The notes: generated by a model not told the origin, from the sequence alone. Counted from the stretch's first letter, positions 28,512 through 39,535 are shown. The stretch is 64,000 nucleotides of DNA from Alphaproteobacteria bacterium (GCA_033763555.1 JANRKK010000008.1:29-64028), one strand, 5' to 3'. Made by a program: numbers and translations.

Positions 28512-29285
28512 TTAGGCGCTTGCCGCAACGGGTACGTCATCGGCAGGTGCGGCGGCTTTGGCTGCGCCCGTATCCTTGTCGGTGCCGCCCATTTCGGCTT
28601 CCAGGCCGTCCAGAACCGCCTGTGCCGCCATGTCGCAGTACAAATCAATGGCCCGCGCCGCGTCGTCATTGCCGGGGATCGGATAGGTGATACCCGTGGG
28701 ATCGGAATTGCTGTCGACGATGGCGATGACCGGAACGCCCAGCTTGGCCGCTTCGGCGATGGCGATGTTTTCCTTGAGCGTGTCGATGACAAAAACGATA
28801 TCCGGCAACCCACCCATATCCTTGATGCCGCCAAGCGCACGTTCCAGCTTGTCACGGCTGCGCGTCATCCGCAGGATTTCCTTTTTCTTCAGGCGTCCAC
28901 CGCTCGTCTGGTTGGCAAGCTTGTCGTCATATTCGCGCAGGCGCTTGATGGATTGCGAGATTGTCTTCCAGTTGGTCAGCATGCCGCCGAGCCAACGGTG
29001 GTTGACGTAGTATTGGCCGGAGCGTTTCGCGGCTTCGGCGATTTTTTCCTGTGCTTGGCGCTTGGTGCCAACGAACAGAACGCGGCCGCCCGCGGCGGCG
29101 ACATCGCGCATGGCCTGCAGCGCGCGCTGCATCATGGGAACCGTCTGCTCGAGATCGATGATGTGCACATTGTTGCGCACGCCGAACAGGTGGGTCTGCA
29201 TTTTGGGATTCCAGCGGCGCGTGTTGTGTCCGAAATGGACGCCAGCTTCAAATAATTGCCGCAGAGTCACGACGGGCATCGTCAT
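28512..29285 (-). CDS. rpsB: 30S ribosomal protein S2
   Basis: [32 protein letters not shown]; AAAGGA RBS. Confidence 0.98.
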   Translation of the reverse strand: MTMPVVTLRQLFEAGVHFGHNTRRWNPKMQTHLFGVRNNVHIIDLEQTVPMMQRALQAMRDVAAAGGRVLFVGTKRQAQEKIAEAAKRSGQYYVNHRWLGGMLTNWKTISQSIKRLREYDDKLANQTSGGRLKKKEILRMTRSRDKLERALGGIKDMGGLPDIVFVIDTLKENIAIAEAAKLGVPVIAIVDSNSDPTGITYPIPGNDDAARAIDLYCDMAAQAVLDGLEAEMGGTDKDTGAAKAAAPADDVPVAASA

Positions 29286-29445
29286 GGGTCTTTCCTTTCT
29301 CCGGTTGATCCGCCGCGTGCTGTAAGAGGTGGGCTTTCTGTCGCAGTCACGGTTGCGACCGCAAAGCGGGCGCAGAGTAGTCGCGACCAGAAAAACCACC
29401 ACCGGACGGCTGAAACGGGATTTACCGAGCCAGCCAAACACGCGT
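29286..29445 (-). promoter_or_regulatory. Probable structured rpsB 5' leader
   Basis: About 160-nt GC-rich non-coding stretch with short inverted repeats (e.g. ggtcgcgac/ggtcgcaacc) directly 5' of rpsB; rpsB leaders mediate S2 autoregulation. Confidence 0.4.
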
Positions 29446-29545
29446 GAGTTTTAACATTTCACTCCGGGAACCATCCCCGGAAGCAGGGGGTTTGTAGCCG
29501 GATTAAACTCGCAAATCAAGCAAAAACCATATGTATTTTGGCCTA

Positions 29546-30415
29546 TTACTTCAGATAGGTAGGTGCAGGCGGACGGAAATTGGGGCCGTATTTCTTAATG
29601 ATGGCCGCCGCCGTCCCATCATTGTTGAGGAGCTCGATCACCGCATCCAGCGCAGCTTTCAGGTCGGTTTCACCCGGACGTACGGACAGAACATTGGCAA
29701 AGATCTGCACAGGCTGACCACCCGCGACAGGCCTGAGCTTTGCGCCCGAACCGCTGTTGAAACGCTGCACATTGTCGAAATTATCAAGAACAATGTCCGC
29801 CTTTTTCATCGCCACGCTCATGATCTGCTGGACCATATCGGCGGATTGCGGCAGGGCCAGTTCCTGTGACAGAGGAAAAAGTTTTCGGCGCGCGCTTTGC
29901 GGTGCATCGCCATCGATCACGACCACACGCACATCCGGCTTGTTGAGGGATGGTAGACCCGCATCAAAACGGCGATCGTCCTCGCGCGCGAAAGCGACGA
30001 GCGCATCATAGTAAAGCCCTTGCGTGAGCAAGGAAACTCTGGCGCGCGCGCCGGATTGCCATACGGGAACGCACATCATGTCGATCTTGTTGGTGTTCAG
30101 AGCTTCATGATAATCGCCCCAGCCGACTTCCTGCGTCCACTCGACCTTGAAGCCGAGTTCGTGCGCGATGGCTTCCATATACTCATATGCCAAGCCGGAC
30201 ATCGCACCTGTATTCGCATCACGCAGAAGCAGCGGATTCCATACGACATAGCCGCAACGGATGGTGCCGGTGCGCTTGATGCGGTCAAAAGCGGTTTCAC
30301 GCTGCGCAGTATTGCCAGAAGATTGCGTCAACGGCTGGGTCATCAGCCGATAGAGGCCCATTCCGGCCACAACAAGAACGGCAAAAATCGCAACGGACTT
30401 AAAAAATTTCTGCAT
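29546..30415 (-). CDS. Periplasmic solute-binding protein (family 3 / PBPb)
   Basis: N-terminal hydrophobic anchor; DRIKRTGTIRCGY, IAHELGFKVEW; no permease adjacent. Confidence 0.85.
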   Translation of the reverse strand: MQKFFKSVAIFAVLVVAGMGLYRLMTQPLTQSSGNTAQRETAFDRIKRTGTIRCGYVVWNPLLLRDANTGAMSGLAYEYMEAIAHELGFKVEWTQEVGWGDYHEALNTNKIDMMCVPVWQSGARARVSLLTQGLYYDALVAFAREDDRRFDAGLPSLNKPDVRVVVIDGDAPQSARRKLFPLSQELALPQSADMVQQIMSVAMKKADIVLDNFDNVQRFNSGSGAKLRPVAGGQPVQIFANVLSVRPGETDLKAALDAVIELLNNDGTAAAIIKKYGPNFRPPAPTYLK

Positions 30416-30506
30416 GTTTTATCCTTTTCATAATTTTTACAGCCGGGTTGCCCGAACCCATGCGCCATGAAACAGGATTTCCGTGAAAGCAATTCGCGCT
30501 ATTTCC

Positions 30507-30563
30507 ATAAAAGACGTTTTTTACATCTTTTATTAACATAAAAGCTGTATTAATTGTTTTTAT
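30507..30563. promoter_or_regulatory. Two tandem operator-like inverted repeats
   Basis: ATAAAAG-N13-CTTTTAT (30507-30533) and ATAAAAG-N12-TTTTTAT (30538-30563, overlapping the regulator ATG). Confidence 0.5.
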
Positions 30564-31191
30564 GACGCCTGACCTTGTACGCGCCGCACGCGGCTTTTTG
30601 AACTGGCAACAGCGCGATCTTGCCGACACCGCCGGGCTGTCCCTCTCCGCGGTCAACAACTATGAACGGAATAAAGGCAAAACCCGCGATGTGACCATCC
30701 AAGCCATGGTGGGCGCCCTGGAGGCGGCGGGCATCGAATTTCTGCCCCATGGCGCTATCCGGAAAGCCGACGAGACGGCCAGCGTGCAGACTTTGACGGG
30801 CCCGGATTTCATCCAGAAGATGAACGAGGATATGTACAACGCCATCCGGACGCCGGGGCAGGAGATCTTCACCTGCTCAACGGATGAAAGCCAATGGTTT
30901 GAGCCGAATGTTAAAGAAGCAAGCCAACGCTATTATGCATGGCGCAAAAAAATGGCGGCGCGGGAGCTGTACCTTGTTGCCGAAGGCAATACCGTGTTTG
31001 AAAGCGCGAAACAGAATTACCGTTTTCTGCCCGCCAATCTTATCGGCAAGATTACCTATTGTATTTATACCGACCGGATTGCCCTGATTTCCTGGCGCAA
31101 GAAACAGGCCTTTATCCTCAGGGGCGACCAGCTGGTCGAACCCTTCCGGGAACAGTTTAAATTTCTCTGGCGTTTGGGGCGGAAGGCTTAG
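30562..31191 (+). CDS. XRE-family HTH transcriptional regulator with C-terminal extension domain
   Basis: VRAARGFLNWQQRDLADTAGLSLSAVNNYER...ALEAAGIEF. Confidence 0.88.
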   Translation: MTPDLVRAARGFLNWQQRDLADTAGLSLSAVNNYERNKGKTRDVTIQAMVGALEAAGIEFLPHGAIRKADETASVQTLTGPDFIQKMNEDMYNAIRTPGQEIFTCSTDESQWFEPNVKEASQRYYAWRKKMAARELYLVAEGNTVFESAKQNYRFLPANLIGKITYCIYTDRIALISWRKKQAFILRGDQLVEPFREQFKFLWRLGRKA

Positions 31192-31850
31192 GCCCCTGGC
31201 CTTGGTGGGCCTAAATTCACGCCTGTTCCCATAATAGAACGCACGGGTTCTCTAGAGCAGCGTTTTATAAGTTCGCGGGGACCCAAAGCAGGGACAACAT
31301 ATTTTTGTTCAAACACATCCCAGTCGAGGGGCTGCATACAGGCTGCCAGTTTCTCAACACAGGCATGCCTATCAAAATCGTCTTTGTCTTGTTGGGAAGG
31401 ACACTGAGCTTTCATTTCAGCCATACATGCCGACCATTTTCTCATAAGTGCTGTGATGGTTCGATGAGGATAACGAGGGGCAAGAAGAAATCCCCCCATG
31501 CCGCGGTCAAGCCAACCCTTTATAAATTCTCCATAGAGCACGACATGCGCACCTGTCTCACTGTTTTCTAAAACGGCTATGTCGCCCACATCATGCGTCG
31601 GCATATCAAGCGCCGCGCGTAAAATATAAATATTCAGCCCCGACAACCTCATGGTACAGCCCGACGCGGAACTGTGATTTGCCAGCGGCGCTTCAAGCTC
31701 GACACCGCGACGTATGGCCCATTCCATTGCTGTGGAAAGAAGATCCTTGTAGTCGCGCTGAAAAGGCAAAAAGATTTGAGGATCCAAGCTGCAGTAGACA
31801 TCAATGAGCTGGCGGTCATCCAGCGAGGAAGAATGAATGAATTTAGTCAT
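31188..31850 (-). CDS. Orphan hypothetical protein
   Basis: GGAGGAG RBS before ATG 31850; AT-richer; directly downstream of accB. Confidence 0.7.
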   Translation of the reverse strand: MTKFIHSSSLDDRQLIDVYCSLDPQIFLPFQRDYKDLLSTAMEWAIRRGVELEAPLANHSSASGCTMRLSGLNIYILRAALDMPTHDVGDIAVLENSETGAHVVLYGEFIKGWLDRGMGGFLLAPRYPHRTITALMRKWSACMAEMKAQCPSQQDKDDFDRHACVEKLAACMQPLDWDVFEQKYVVPALGPRELIKRCSREPVRSIMGTGVNLGPPRPGA

Positions 31851-31911
31851 GATCTCCTCCAAAACATGTCTTCAACAAAAGTTGACTTAAAATTAGTCTG
31901 TACCTGCAAAT

Positions 31912-32361
31912 TTAATTCATCACCATTAGCGCCTCGCCGAATTCGACGGGTTTGCCGTTGGTGACGAGAATTTCGGCGATAGTTCCGGCCTGCGTGGCCT
32001 TGATAGGGTTCATAACCTTCATCGCTTCGATGATCAGCAGCGTATCGCCTGCCTTGACCCTGTCGCCAGCCTTCACAAAAGCGGCGGCATCCGGCGACGG
32101 CGTCAGATAAACCGTGCCAACCATCGGCGCGGTTATGGCACCCGCGGGGGCAGCATGCGCCGCCCCACCTGATGCGGTCGGGGCCGATGAGGCAGCAACG
32201 GGAGCCACAGCGGGCGCTGCATGCACCACATGGCCGCGCGCAACGGCGCAGCGAATTTTCTTGTCGCCTTCGGCATATTCAATTTCGCTCAACCCGGTTT
32301 CTTCCAGGAGCTTGGCGAGCTTGCGGACAAAGGCGGTGTCGAGATCAAATTTCGTTGGCAT
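31912..32361 (-). CDS. accB: Acetyl-CoA carboxylase biotin carboxyl carrier protein
   Basis: [15 protein letters not shown] biotinylation motif. Confidence 0.97.
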   Translation of the reverse strand: MPTKFDLDTAFVRKLAKLLEETGLSEIEYAEGDKKIRCAVARGHVVHAAPAVAPVAASSAPTASGGAAHAAPAGAITAPMVGTVYLTPSPDAAAFVKAGDRVKAGDTLLIIEAMKVMNPIKATQAGTIAEILVTNGKPVEFGEALMVMN

Positions 32362-32370
32362 GATTACCGT

Positions 32371-32826
32371 TTACCTGCGCGAAGATTTAACGCGTTTTGC
32401 CATGGACCGCAACGCATAAGCGTAACCGTCGATGCCAAGGCCGCAAACAGCGCCAATGGCAACTTCAGAAATTAACGAATGGCGGCGGAATTCCTCGCGG
32501 GCATGGATGTTGGAGATATGCACCTCAACCATCGGCAATCCGGCGATTTTCAACGCATCCAGAATGGCCACGGATGTATGGCTGTAGCCACCCGCGTTAA
32601 TAATGATGCCCGCATGAGTTTTGCGGGCTTTCTGAATCCAGGTGACCAGTTCACCTTCCAGATTGCTGTGGCGACAATCCGCCGTAAGACCAAGCTCCTT
32701 CGCCGTCTTCCGGCACAGTTCAGCAACGTCTTTTAGCGTCGCCTTGCCGTAGATTTTCGGCTCCCGTACGCCGAGCATATTCAGGTTTGGGCCGTTCAGC
32801 ACCAGAATGGCGGGGGGCTTTTTCAT
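32371..32826 (-). CDS. aroQ: Type II 3-dehydroquinate dehydratase
   Basis: [41 protein letters not shown]. Confidence 0.97.
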   Translation of the reverse strand: MKKPPAILVLNGPNLNMLGVREPKIYGKATLKDVAELCRKTAKELGLTADCRHSNLEGELVTWIQKARKTHAGIIINAGGYSHTSVAILDALKIAGLPMVEVHISNIHAREEFRRHSLISEVAIGAVCGLGIDGYAYALRSMAKRVKSSRR

Positions 32827-32840
32827 CCGCGGCGTCCGCC

Positions 32841-33599
32841 TCAGGATTTCTTTTTCGCGGCACGGGCGGCTTCGACCGCTTTCTTCAACTGCTCATGCTG
32901 CATGGCGCCGGGGTAAATCTGATCGCCCACGATGAACATGGGCGTGCCACGAACGCCGATACTGCGTCCCAATTCCAGATTGGCCTGCAGCGCCTTGTTG
33001 ATGGCTTCGTCTTCCATGTCCTTTTTCAGCTTGTCGGTGTCGAGCCCGACATCCTTTGCGGTTTTCAGGATAAGCTCACTGGTCAGGCGGTCTTTGACAT
33101 CCATCAGCGCGTCATGGAATTTGACGAACTTGCCCTGGCGCGCGGCGGCGAGTGATGCCTTGGACGCCTCAATCGATACCGGGCCAAGAATGGGGAAGTC
33201 CTTGTAGAGGAGCTTCACATTCTTATCGTCCTGCAGCAGTTTTTCCACGGCGTCCTGCGCCATTTTGCAATAGCCGCACTGGTAATCGTAAAACTCGACG
33301 ACCGTGACGTCACCTTTCGGATTGCCGCCGACAGGCGTGGCGGGGTCGTCATAAATTTTATCCTTGGTTTTGGCGATGGCTTCCTTGCTTTTGGTTTCAG
33401 CCAGCGCTTCATCGCGTTTCTGTGCGGCCTTCAGGGCATCGACGATAACTTCGGGATGTTCTGTCAGATAATTTTTGATGATGCCTTCAATCGAGCCGCG
33501 CTGCGCATCGGAAAAACCCTTGGGGGCATCCGCCGCATATGAAAAACCGGAAAAAAGCCCGCAGGTCAAAACGGCCAGGGCAAGAAGGGCGAAACGCAT
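32841..33599 (-). CDS. DsbA family thioredoxin-fold protein
   Basis: Signal peptide; [23 protein letters not shown]. Confidence 0.92.
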   Translation of the reverse strand: MRFALLALAVLTCGLFSGFSYAADAPKGFSDAQRGSIEGIIKNYLTEHPEVIVDALKAAQKRDEALAETKSKEAIAKTKDKIYDDPATPVGGNPKGDVTVVEFYDYQCGYCKMAQDAVEKLLQDDKNVKLLYKDFPILGPVSIEASKASLAAARQGKFVKFHDALMDVKDRLTSELILKTAKDVGLDTDKLKKDMEDEAINKALQANLELGRSIGVRGTPMFIVGDQIYPGAMQHEQLKKAVEAARAAKKKS

Positions 33600-33737
33600 G
33601 GGCGACTCCGGTGAGAGGAAAGCGAAAGCTGTGAAGAAACAACCAAGTTTTGTCCGTTAAGTCAATGTTTTAGGGCGCTTCGATGGATTCGGAATCCGAT
33701 AAAATATCGGATAGACTGCGGTTTTACAGGATTGCTG

Positions 33738-34946
33738 ATGATAACAAACGCTCTTTTCAACCGCTCCGTGCTGCTGATTATTTCCGGCGGCATCGCAGCC
33801 TATAAAAGCCTTGAGCTTATCCGCCGCCTGCGTGACGGCAGCGTGAAAGTGCGCTGCGTGCTGACGCAGGGCGGCGCGCAATTCGTGACGCCCTTGTCGG
33901 TCTCTGCCTTGTCGGAAGAACAGGTCTATGGCGATCTCTGGTCGCTGACAGATGAGCACCAGATGGGTCATATCCGTCTGGCGCGCGAAGCCGATTTGAT
34001 TGTTGTCGCACCCGCTTCAGCCAACCTTATCGCCAAAATGGCGCAGGGACTTGCGGATGATCTGGCCAGCACGGTTTTGCTGGCGACGGACAAGCCTGTT
34101 CTGCTCGCACCCGCGATGAACGGCGTGATGTGGCAAAATCCGGCGACACAGGCGAATATCGCCACGCTGAAAAAACGCGGCGTGAAAATGATCGGCCCCG
34201 CCAGCGGCACGATGGCTTGTGGCGAGGAAGGCGAAGGCCGCATGAGTGAACCTGCTGAAATTCTCGCCGCCATCACGAAATATTTCTCGGTGCCCGGCCC
34301 GCTGAGCGGCAAACGCGCGCTGGTCACCAGCGGCCCGACGCATGAACCAATCGATCCCGTGCGTTTCATTGGCAACCGCTCCTCCGGCAAGCAAGGCCAT
34401 GCGATTGCCGAAGCGCTGGCGCGGCAAGGCGCGGAAACCATTCTTGTAACCGGGCCTGTGACGCTGCCCGACCCGGCAGGTATCAAAACCATCCGCGTTC
34501 AGACCGCACAGGATATGCTAGCCGCCTGTGAAACCGCCCTGCCCGTTGATGTCGCCGTCTGTGCGGCGGCCGTAGCCGATTGGCGCACGACGGAAATCTC
34601 CTCCGGCAAATTGAAAAAGGGCGTGGCGAAACCGACGCTGGAACTCGCTGAAAATCCGGATATTCTCGCGCGGCTGAGCAAGGCAGGGAACCGCCGCCCG
34701 CGACTTGTCATCGGCTTTGCGGCAGAAACAGATGATCCACTGAAGAATGCCGCGCGGAAACTGGACGCCAAAGGCTGCGATTGGCTGGTGGCAAATGATG
34801 TCAGCAACGGCAAAGTGTTTGACCAAGACGATAACGAAGTCACATTTCTGCGTCGTAGCGCACCACCGCAAACCTGGCCGCGGCAAAGCAAGGAACAGGT
34901 GGCGCGGCAACTTGTGCAGGAAATCGTTAATGTGTTGACGGCGTAA
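33738..34946 (+). CDS. coaBC: Phosphopantothenoylcysteine decarboxylase/ligase
   Basis: GGIAAYKS, HI.LA, APAMN, GPT.EPIDPVRFIGNRSSGKQG, GFAAET. Confidence 0.97.
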   Translation: MITNALFNRSVLLIISGGIAAYKSLELIRRLRDGSVKVRCVLTQGGAQFVTPLSVSALSEEQVYGDLWSLTDEHQMGHIRLAREADLIVVAPASANLIAKMAQGLADDLASTVLLATDKPVLLAPAMNGVMWQNPATQANIATLKKRGVKMIGPASGTMACGEEGEGRMSEPAEILAAITKYFSVPGPLSGKRALVTSGPTHEPIDPVRFIGNRSSGKQGHAIAEALARQGAETILVTGPVTLPDPAGIKTIRVQTAQDMLAACETALPVDVAVCAAAVADWRTTEISSGKLKKGVAKPTLELAENPDILARLSKAGNRRPRLVIGFAAETDDPLKNAARKLDAKGCDWLVANDVSNGKVFDQDDNEVTFLRRSAPPQTWPRQSKEQVARQLVQEIVNVLTA

Positions 34947-34996
34947 GGCTTTGTGTTAGCGTTCTGTAGTTGGAATAAATTTTTCAGGAGCAATCT

Positions 34997-35251
34997 ATGC
35001 CATCCATATCTTCGTTACGCGCAGCAGCAAGGGAAGTATTCTGGAATTCGGCGGAAGAATTGGTGGAACTGGTACCCTTTTGCGCGATGTCGTTAACCAC
35101 GCCCGTGGCTATGGGCATCGGTTTAGCTCTAAGCCCAACCAGATCGTGTGTAGCTGCTGCTGGCCTTGGTGGCATACTGATAGGGGGAGCAGCAGGATTT
35201 CTTGCGAGTCTTAGTATCTACAAAAAACTTGATTCCCTAAACCAAGCATAA
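34997..35251 (+). CDS. Small hydrophobic orphan protein
   Basis: AGGAG RBS; 84 aa with two hydrophobic Gly/Ala segments; between coaBC and dut. Confidence 0.6.
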   Translation: MPSISSLRAAAREVFWNSAEELVELVPFCAMSLTTPVAMGIGLALSPTRSCVAAAGLGGILIGGAAGFLASLSIYKKLDSLNQA

Positions 35252-35264
35252 TCCATTTCTGTTC

Positions 35265-35729
35265 ATGACCACCCTTCCTGTCCCCATCACTGTCCTGCCC
35301 CATGCCGAAGCCCTCGGGCTTCCGGCCTATGCGACCGAACATGCCGCCGGCATGGATCTCTGCGCCGCCGTCACCAATGATGTGGTGATCGAGCCCGGCA
35401 AGCGAACGCTGATCCCGACGGGCATCGCCATCGCCTTGCCCGAAGGTTATGAGGCGCAGATACGGCCGCGTTCCGGCCTCGCGCTCAAGCACGGCATCAC
35501 CCTGCCCAACAGCCCCGGCACGATTGATGCCGATTATCGCGGCGAGGTGCAGGTGATCGTCGCCAATACCGGCAGCGAACCCTTCACCGTCACGCGCGGC
35601 ATGCGCATCGCGCAGATGGTGGTCGCCGCCTACAGCCGCGTCAGCTGGCAGGAAGTCGCTGAACTGCCGCAAACCGCGCGCGGCGCGGGCGGTTTCGGTT
35701 CGACCGGAACGGCCACCAAAACACGCTAA
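35265..35729 (+). CDS. dut: dUTP diphosphatase
   Basis: [32 protein letters not shown]. Confidence 0.98.
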   Translation: MTTLPVPITVLPHAEALGLPAYATEHAAGMDLCAAVTNDVVIEPGKRTLIPTGIAIALPEGYEAQIRPRSGLALKHGITLPNSPGTIDADYRGEVQVIVANTGSEPFTVTRGMRIAQMVVAAYSRVSWQEVAELPQTARGAGGFGSTGTATKTR

Positions 35730-35737
35730 GCACGATC

Positions 35738-36787
35738 ATGCCCTCTCCTTCCGCCATTGCCCGGCAATGGAATTTCGGCCTGCCGGTTACGGCGTTGAGC
35801 GCTAATCGCAACGGCGATTGGATGGCTGCGGCGCTGGGTGACGGATCGCTGCGTTTGCTGCCCGCCAGCGACGAAGCGGAACAACCGAAAGAGCTGAAAC
35901 TCCACAAAGGCATTTCGCTGTCACTGCAGCCGGATGCCGATGCGCATGCGTTTCTGTCAGGTGGTGACGATGGTTGCGTTTATATTATCGATCCACAGCT
36001 GGATGCGCCGACGCTGTTGGCCGAGCATAAAAACCAGTGGATCGACCATGTGGCGTCCGCGCCGGAAGGCGGATTCCGCGCCTATTCCGTTGGCAAGCAG
36101 GCGCATATGCTGAACGCCGAAGGCGAAAGCCTTGCACCGCTGCAGGCGCCGAGCAGCATCGGCGGCCTGGCTTTCAGCCCCAACGGCAAACGCCTTGCCG
36201 CTAGCCATTACAACGGTGTGAGCCTGGTTTGGACGAAAGCGAAAGAATCCGCGCCGACAAAACTGGCCTGGAAAGGTTCGCATCTGGGCGTGATCTGGCA
36301 TCCGGATGGAAAAATTCTACTAACCTCACTGCAGGAAAATGCACTGCATGGCTGGCGCCTTTCGGACAATAATGAGATGCGGATGCAGGGCTACGCCGCC
36401 AAAGTGCATTCGATGGGCTTTTCAGCGAAAGGCCGCTATCTGGCGACCAGCGGAGCGGAGGAAGTGGTGTGCTGGCCTTTCTTCGGCGGTGGGCCGTGGG
36501 GCAAAACGCCGCTGACGCTGGGCGGACGCGAAGCGCGGCTGGTGACACAGGTCGCCGCGCATCCCAAAGATGAAATGGTCGCGGCAGGTTACGATGACGG
36601 CATGGTTATCCTTGCGCCGCTGGATGGCCGCATGGAAGTGATGATCCACCCGCCTGTCGGACAAGGTGCATCGGTGACAGGACTGGCATGGAATGGCGCA
36701 GGTAATTGCCTGTTCGCCGGGAATGAGAAAGGCTCCCTGACCCTCTTCACGCTGGAAAGCGTGGGGCGGAGCGTACGAAGCGCCTAG
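35738..36787 (+). CDS. WD40 repeat protein
   Basis: SGGDDG, WIDHVA, LAFSPNGKRLA, LQENALHGWRL, MRMQGY..KV. Confidence 0.88.
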   Translation: MPSPSAIARQWNFGLPVTALSANRNGDWMAAALGDGSLRLLPASDEAEQPKELKLHKGISLSLQPDADAHAFLSGGDDGCVYIIDPQLDAPTLLAEHKNQWIDHVASAPEGGFRAYSVGKQAHMLNAEGESLAPLQAPSSIGGLAFSPNGKRLAASHYNGVSLVWTKAKESAPTKLAWKGSHLGVIWHPDGKILLTSLQENALHGWRLSDNNEMRMQGYAAKVHSMGFSAKGRYLATSGAEEVVCWPFFGGGPWGKTPLTLGGREARLVTQVAAHPKDEMVAAGYDDGMVILAPLDGRMEVMIHPPVGQGASVTGLAWNGAGNCLFAGNEKGSLTLFTLESVGRSVRSA

Positions 36788-37335
36788 TTTTTGAAGTGTT
36801 TTAAACTGGCGCGCCAGTAATCCCAAGCGGTGATAATTGTCAGGCCGCCTGCAATCCACAACAACAATCCGCCGATAGTGGACGCATAAACGCCGGACGC
36901 GTGGCGGCCGACAATCAGGAAGGACAGCGCGACGATCTGGATGAAGGTTTTCCATTTCGCCAGCTGGCTGACCGGCATGCTGACGCGCACACCTGCCAGA
37001 AATTCGCGCAGGCCAGACACCGCCACTTCGCGCAGCAGGATAATTACGGCCGGAAGAATGCTGAAGCCCGTGATCTGGCCGTTGAAGACCAGCAACAGAA
37101 TGACGGCGGCGACCAGAAGCTTGTCGGCAATCGGGTCGAGAAATTCGCCGATCATCGAAACCTGCCCGTCGCGCCGCGCCATATAACCGTCGAGCAGATC
37201 GGTCACGCCCGCGGCGACGAACAGCACCAGCGCCAGCCACGCCGCCCAGGCATAGGGCAGCGCCAGCAGCAGCAAAATCACCGGAATGGCGATGATGCGC
37301 GACAGCGTCAGACGGTTGGCGAGTGAATTCCACAT
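36784..37335 (-). CDS. pgsA: Phosphatidylglycerophosphate synthase
   Basis: TDLLDGYMARR....S.IGEFLDPIADKLLV; follows uvrC. Confidence 0.96.
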   Translation of the reverse strand: MWNSLANRLTLSRIIAIPVILLLLALPYAWAAWLALVLFVAAGVTDLLDGYMARRDGQVSMIGEFLDPIADKLLVAAVILLLVFNGQITGFSILPAVIILLREVAVSGLREFLAGVRVSMPVSQLAKWKTFIQIVALSFLIVGRHASGVYASTIGGLLLWIAGGLTIITAWDYWRASLKHFKN

Positions 37336-37344
37336 GGCCCCTCT

Positions 37345-39234
37345 TTACTCCCCCTGCCGGAAATAATCATGGATTTTTTTGGCAGCATTAAGGCTGATGC
37401 CGGGAACGCGGGCTATATCCTCCGCCGCCGCCCCGGCCACTGCCCTGGCCGAACCGAAATGGTGCAAAAGCGCCCTTTTGCGCGCGGCGCCGATGCCCGG
37501 CACATCCTCCAGCCCCGACTGGCCAACAGCCCGGATGCGGCGCGAACGGTGCGCGCCAATGGCAAAACGATGCGCCTCATCCCGCAGCCGCTGCAGATAA
37601 TAAAGTACGGGATCTTCCGGCGGCAGGCTGAAGGCTTCCCGGTCCGGCATGAAGAAACGTTCGCGCCCGGCATTACGGTCCGGCCCCTTGGCGATGGCGG
37701 CGACGGGAATATCCGGCAGGCCAAGATTTTGCAGAACGGTGCACACTTTACTCAATTGCCCCTGCCCGCCATCGATCAGCACAAGGTCGGGCCACATGCC
37801 GGACTGGCGCGCGGGGTCTTCGTCGATCAGGCGGCGGAAGCGGCGCGATAAAACCTCCTCCATCATCGCGTAATCATCGCCCTGCGTATCGGCGCGACGG
37901 ATATTGAATTTGCGGTAGGTTTTTTTCAGGAAACCTTCCGGCCCGGCGGCGATCATCGCGCCGACCGCATGGCTGCCGGAAATATGTGAATTGTCATAAA
38001 CCTCGATGCGTTTCGGCGCTTCGGCAAGATTGAAAATTTCGGCCACGCGCGTCAGCAGCTTCGCCTGCTCGGCGCTTTCCGACAAAGTGCGCGCCAACGC
38101 TTCCTGCGCGTTTTTGCGCGCGCTGTCGATCAGCCGCTTGCGCGCGCCCTGCTGCGGCACCGCAATTTTGACCTTGTGCCCTGCGCGCTCCGCCAGGGCC
38201 TGTTCCAACAAAGCCGTATCTTCGGATTTATGGCTGAGCAGAATGGAAGGCGGCGGCGGTTTGCTGGCATAAAACTGCGCGAGGAAGGATGACATGATCT
38301 CGCCCGGCGGCAATTGATCGGCATGCGCCGGATAAAATGTCCGCGCGCCGTAATTGCGGTCGGCGCGGAAGAAAAACACCTGAATGGCCGTGCGGCCCGC
38401 CGCCTGATGCAGCGCGATGACGTCAGCATCGCCGAGGCCGGACAGATGAATGCCTTGCTTCGCCTGAATGCCGGTCAGGATTTTAATGCGGTCGCGCAGC
38501 TCCGCCGCTTTTTCGTAATCCATCGCATCGCTGGCGCTCTGCATATCCGCCGCAAGCTGTTTCTGAATCTCCTGATTCTTGCCTTGCAGGAAGGCGCGCG
38601 CCTCCTCGACCTGTTTTGCGTAAGCCTCTTCCGTCACTTTGGCGACACAGGGCGCGGTGCAGCGCTTGATATGATATTGCAGGCAGGGCCGCGTACGGCT
38701 GGCGAAAAAATTATCCGAACAATTGCGCAGCATGAAGCCGCGCTGCATCAGCGTCAGCGTTTCATTCACCGCACCCGCCGAAGCGAAAGGCCCAAAATAC
38801 CAGCCCTTGCGCGACTTCGCCCCGCGATATTTCAGCAGCTGCGGAAATTTATGATCGCGCGTGATGAGCATATAGGGATAGCTTTTGTCGTCGCGCAGCA
38901 GCAGATTGAAAGGCGGCGCAAAACGCTGGATGAAATTGCCTTCGAGCAAAAGCGCTTCGGCCTCGGTCGTGGTGACGACGATTTCCAGGCTGCGCGTTTG
39001 CGCCACCATGCGCTGCAATCGGTTTGGCAGACGCGCGCGCTGTGTATAAGACGTGACGCGCTTCTTAAGGCTCTTCGCCTTACCGATATAGAGCGATACG
39101 CCATCTTCGGCCAGCATGCGGTAGACGCCCGGCCTGGAAGGCAGGGTTTTGATCTGTGCGCGCAACACATCCGCCCCGGCATCAAAGCCAGTGCGTCCGC
39201 GGCGCAAGCGTTTGGCGGGTGCGGGTTTGGGCAT
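37345..39234 (-). CDS. uvrC: Excinuclease ABC subunit C
   Basis: PGVYRM..LYIGKAK, DDKSYPY, CLQYHIKRC..PC, IEVYDNSH, IDGG.GQL, RDEAHRFAI. Confidence 0.98.
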   Translation of the reverse strand: MPKPAPAKRLRRGRTGFDAGADVLRAQIKTLPSRPGVYRMLAEDGVSLYIGKAKSLKKRVTSYTQRARLPNRLQRMVAQTRSLEIVVTTTEAEALLLEGNFIQRFAPPFNLLLRDDKSYPYMLITRDHKFPQLLKYRGAKSRKGWYFGPFASAGAVNETLTLMQRGFMLRNCSDNFFASRTRPCLQYHIKRCTAPCVAKVTEEAYAKQVEEARAFLQGKNQEIQKQLAADMQSASDAMDYEKAAELRDRIKILTGIQAKQGIHLSGLGDADVIALHQAAGRTAIQVFFFRADRNYGARTFYPAHADQLPPGEIMSSFLAQFYASKPPPPSILLSHKSEDTALLEQALAERAGHKVKIAVPQQGARKRLIDSARKNAQEALARTLSESAEQAKLLTRVAEIFNLAEAPKRIEVYDNSHISGSHAVGAMIAAGPEGFLKKTYRKFNIRRADTQGDDYAMMEEVLSRRFRRLIDEDPARQSGMWPDLVLIDGGQGQLSKVCTVLQNLGLPDIPVAAIAKGPDRNAGRERFFMPDREAFSLPPEDPVLYYLQRLRDEAHRFAIGAHRSRRIRAVGQSGLEDVPGIGAARKRALLHHFGSARAVAGAAAEDIARVPGISLNAAKKIHDYFRQGE

Positions 39235-39295
39235 CAAGCCATTTTGCCTGAGAGGCAAAACTATGTCACCGATGAGGTCTTGATGAAAAACAAGC

Positions 39296-39535
39296 CTAGG
39301 ACGGGCTTCTGTCAGATAGAAAGTCTCTCAACCTTCCTAGGCATCGCCCAAATCCTGAAGGACGGCGCGGCGGTTCAGCATGAACCATGGCAGCGAATTG
39401 GGCTCTTAATCTTTCGGTGTCTTTGGGCGTCGTTGTGTAAACCCACACACCATTGATTTGTGTACGAACCAACGGAAGCGGCTGCCCTCTCTCCTGTATA
39501 TAGATGACATCTGGTTCGGAGTAATTTCCGCTCAT
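39296..39535 (-). CDS. Small orphan hypothetical protein
   Basis: 79-aa ORF filling an AT-richer gap; no recognisable motif. Confidence 0.45.
   Translation of the reverse strand: MSGNYSEPDVIYIQERGQPLPLVRTQINGVWVYTTTPKDTERLRAQFAAMVHAEPPRRPSGFGRCLGRLRDFLSDRSPS

Noticed and set aside
29286-29441. N-terminal extension of RpsB in the ORF track
   Set aside because: Good RBS at 29285; the region is better explained as 5' leader
35738-36787. WD40 protein as a eukaryote-like effector
   Set aside because: Host-like composition, operonic with dut, motifs of a conserved alphaproteobacterial WD40 type
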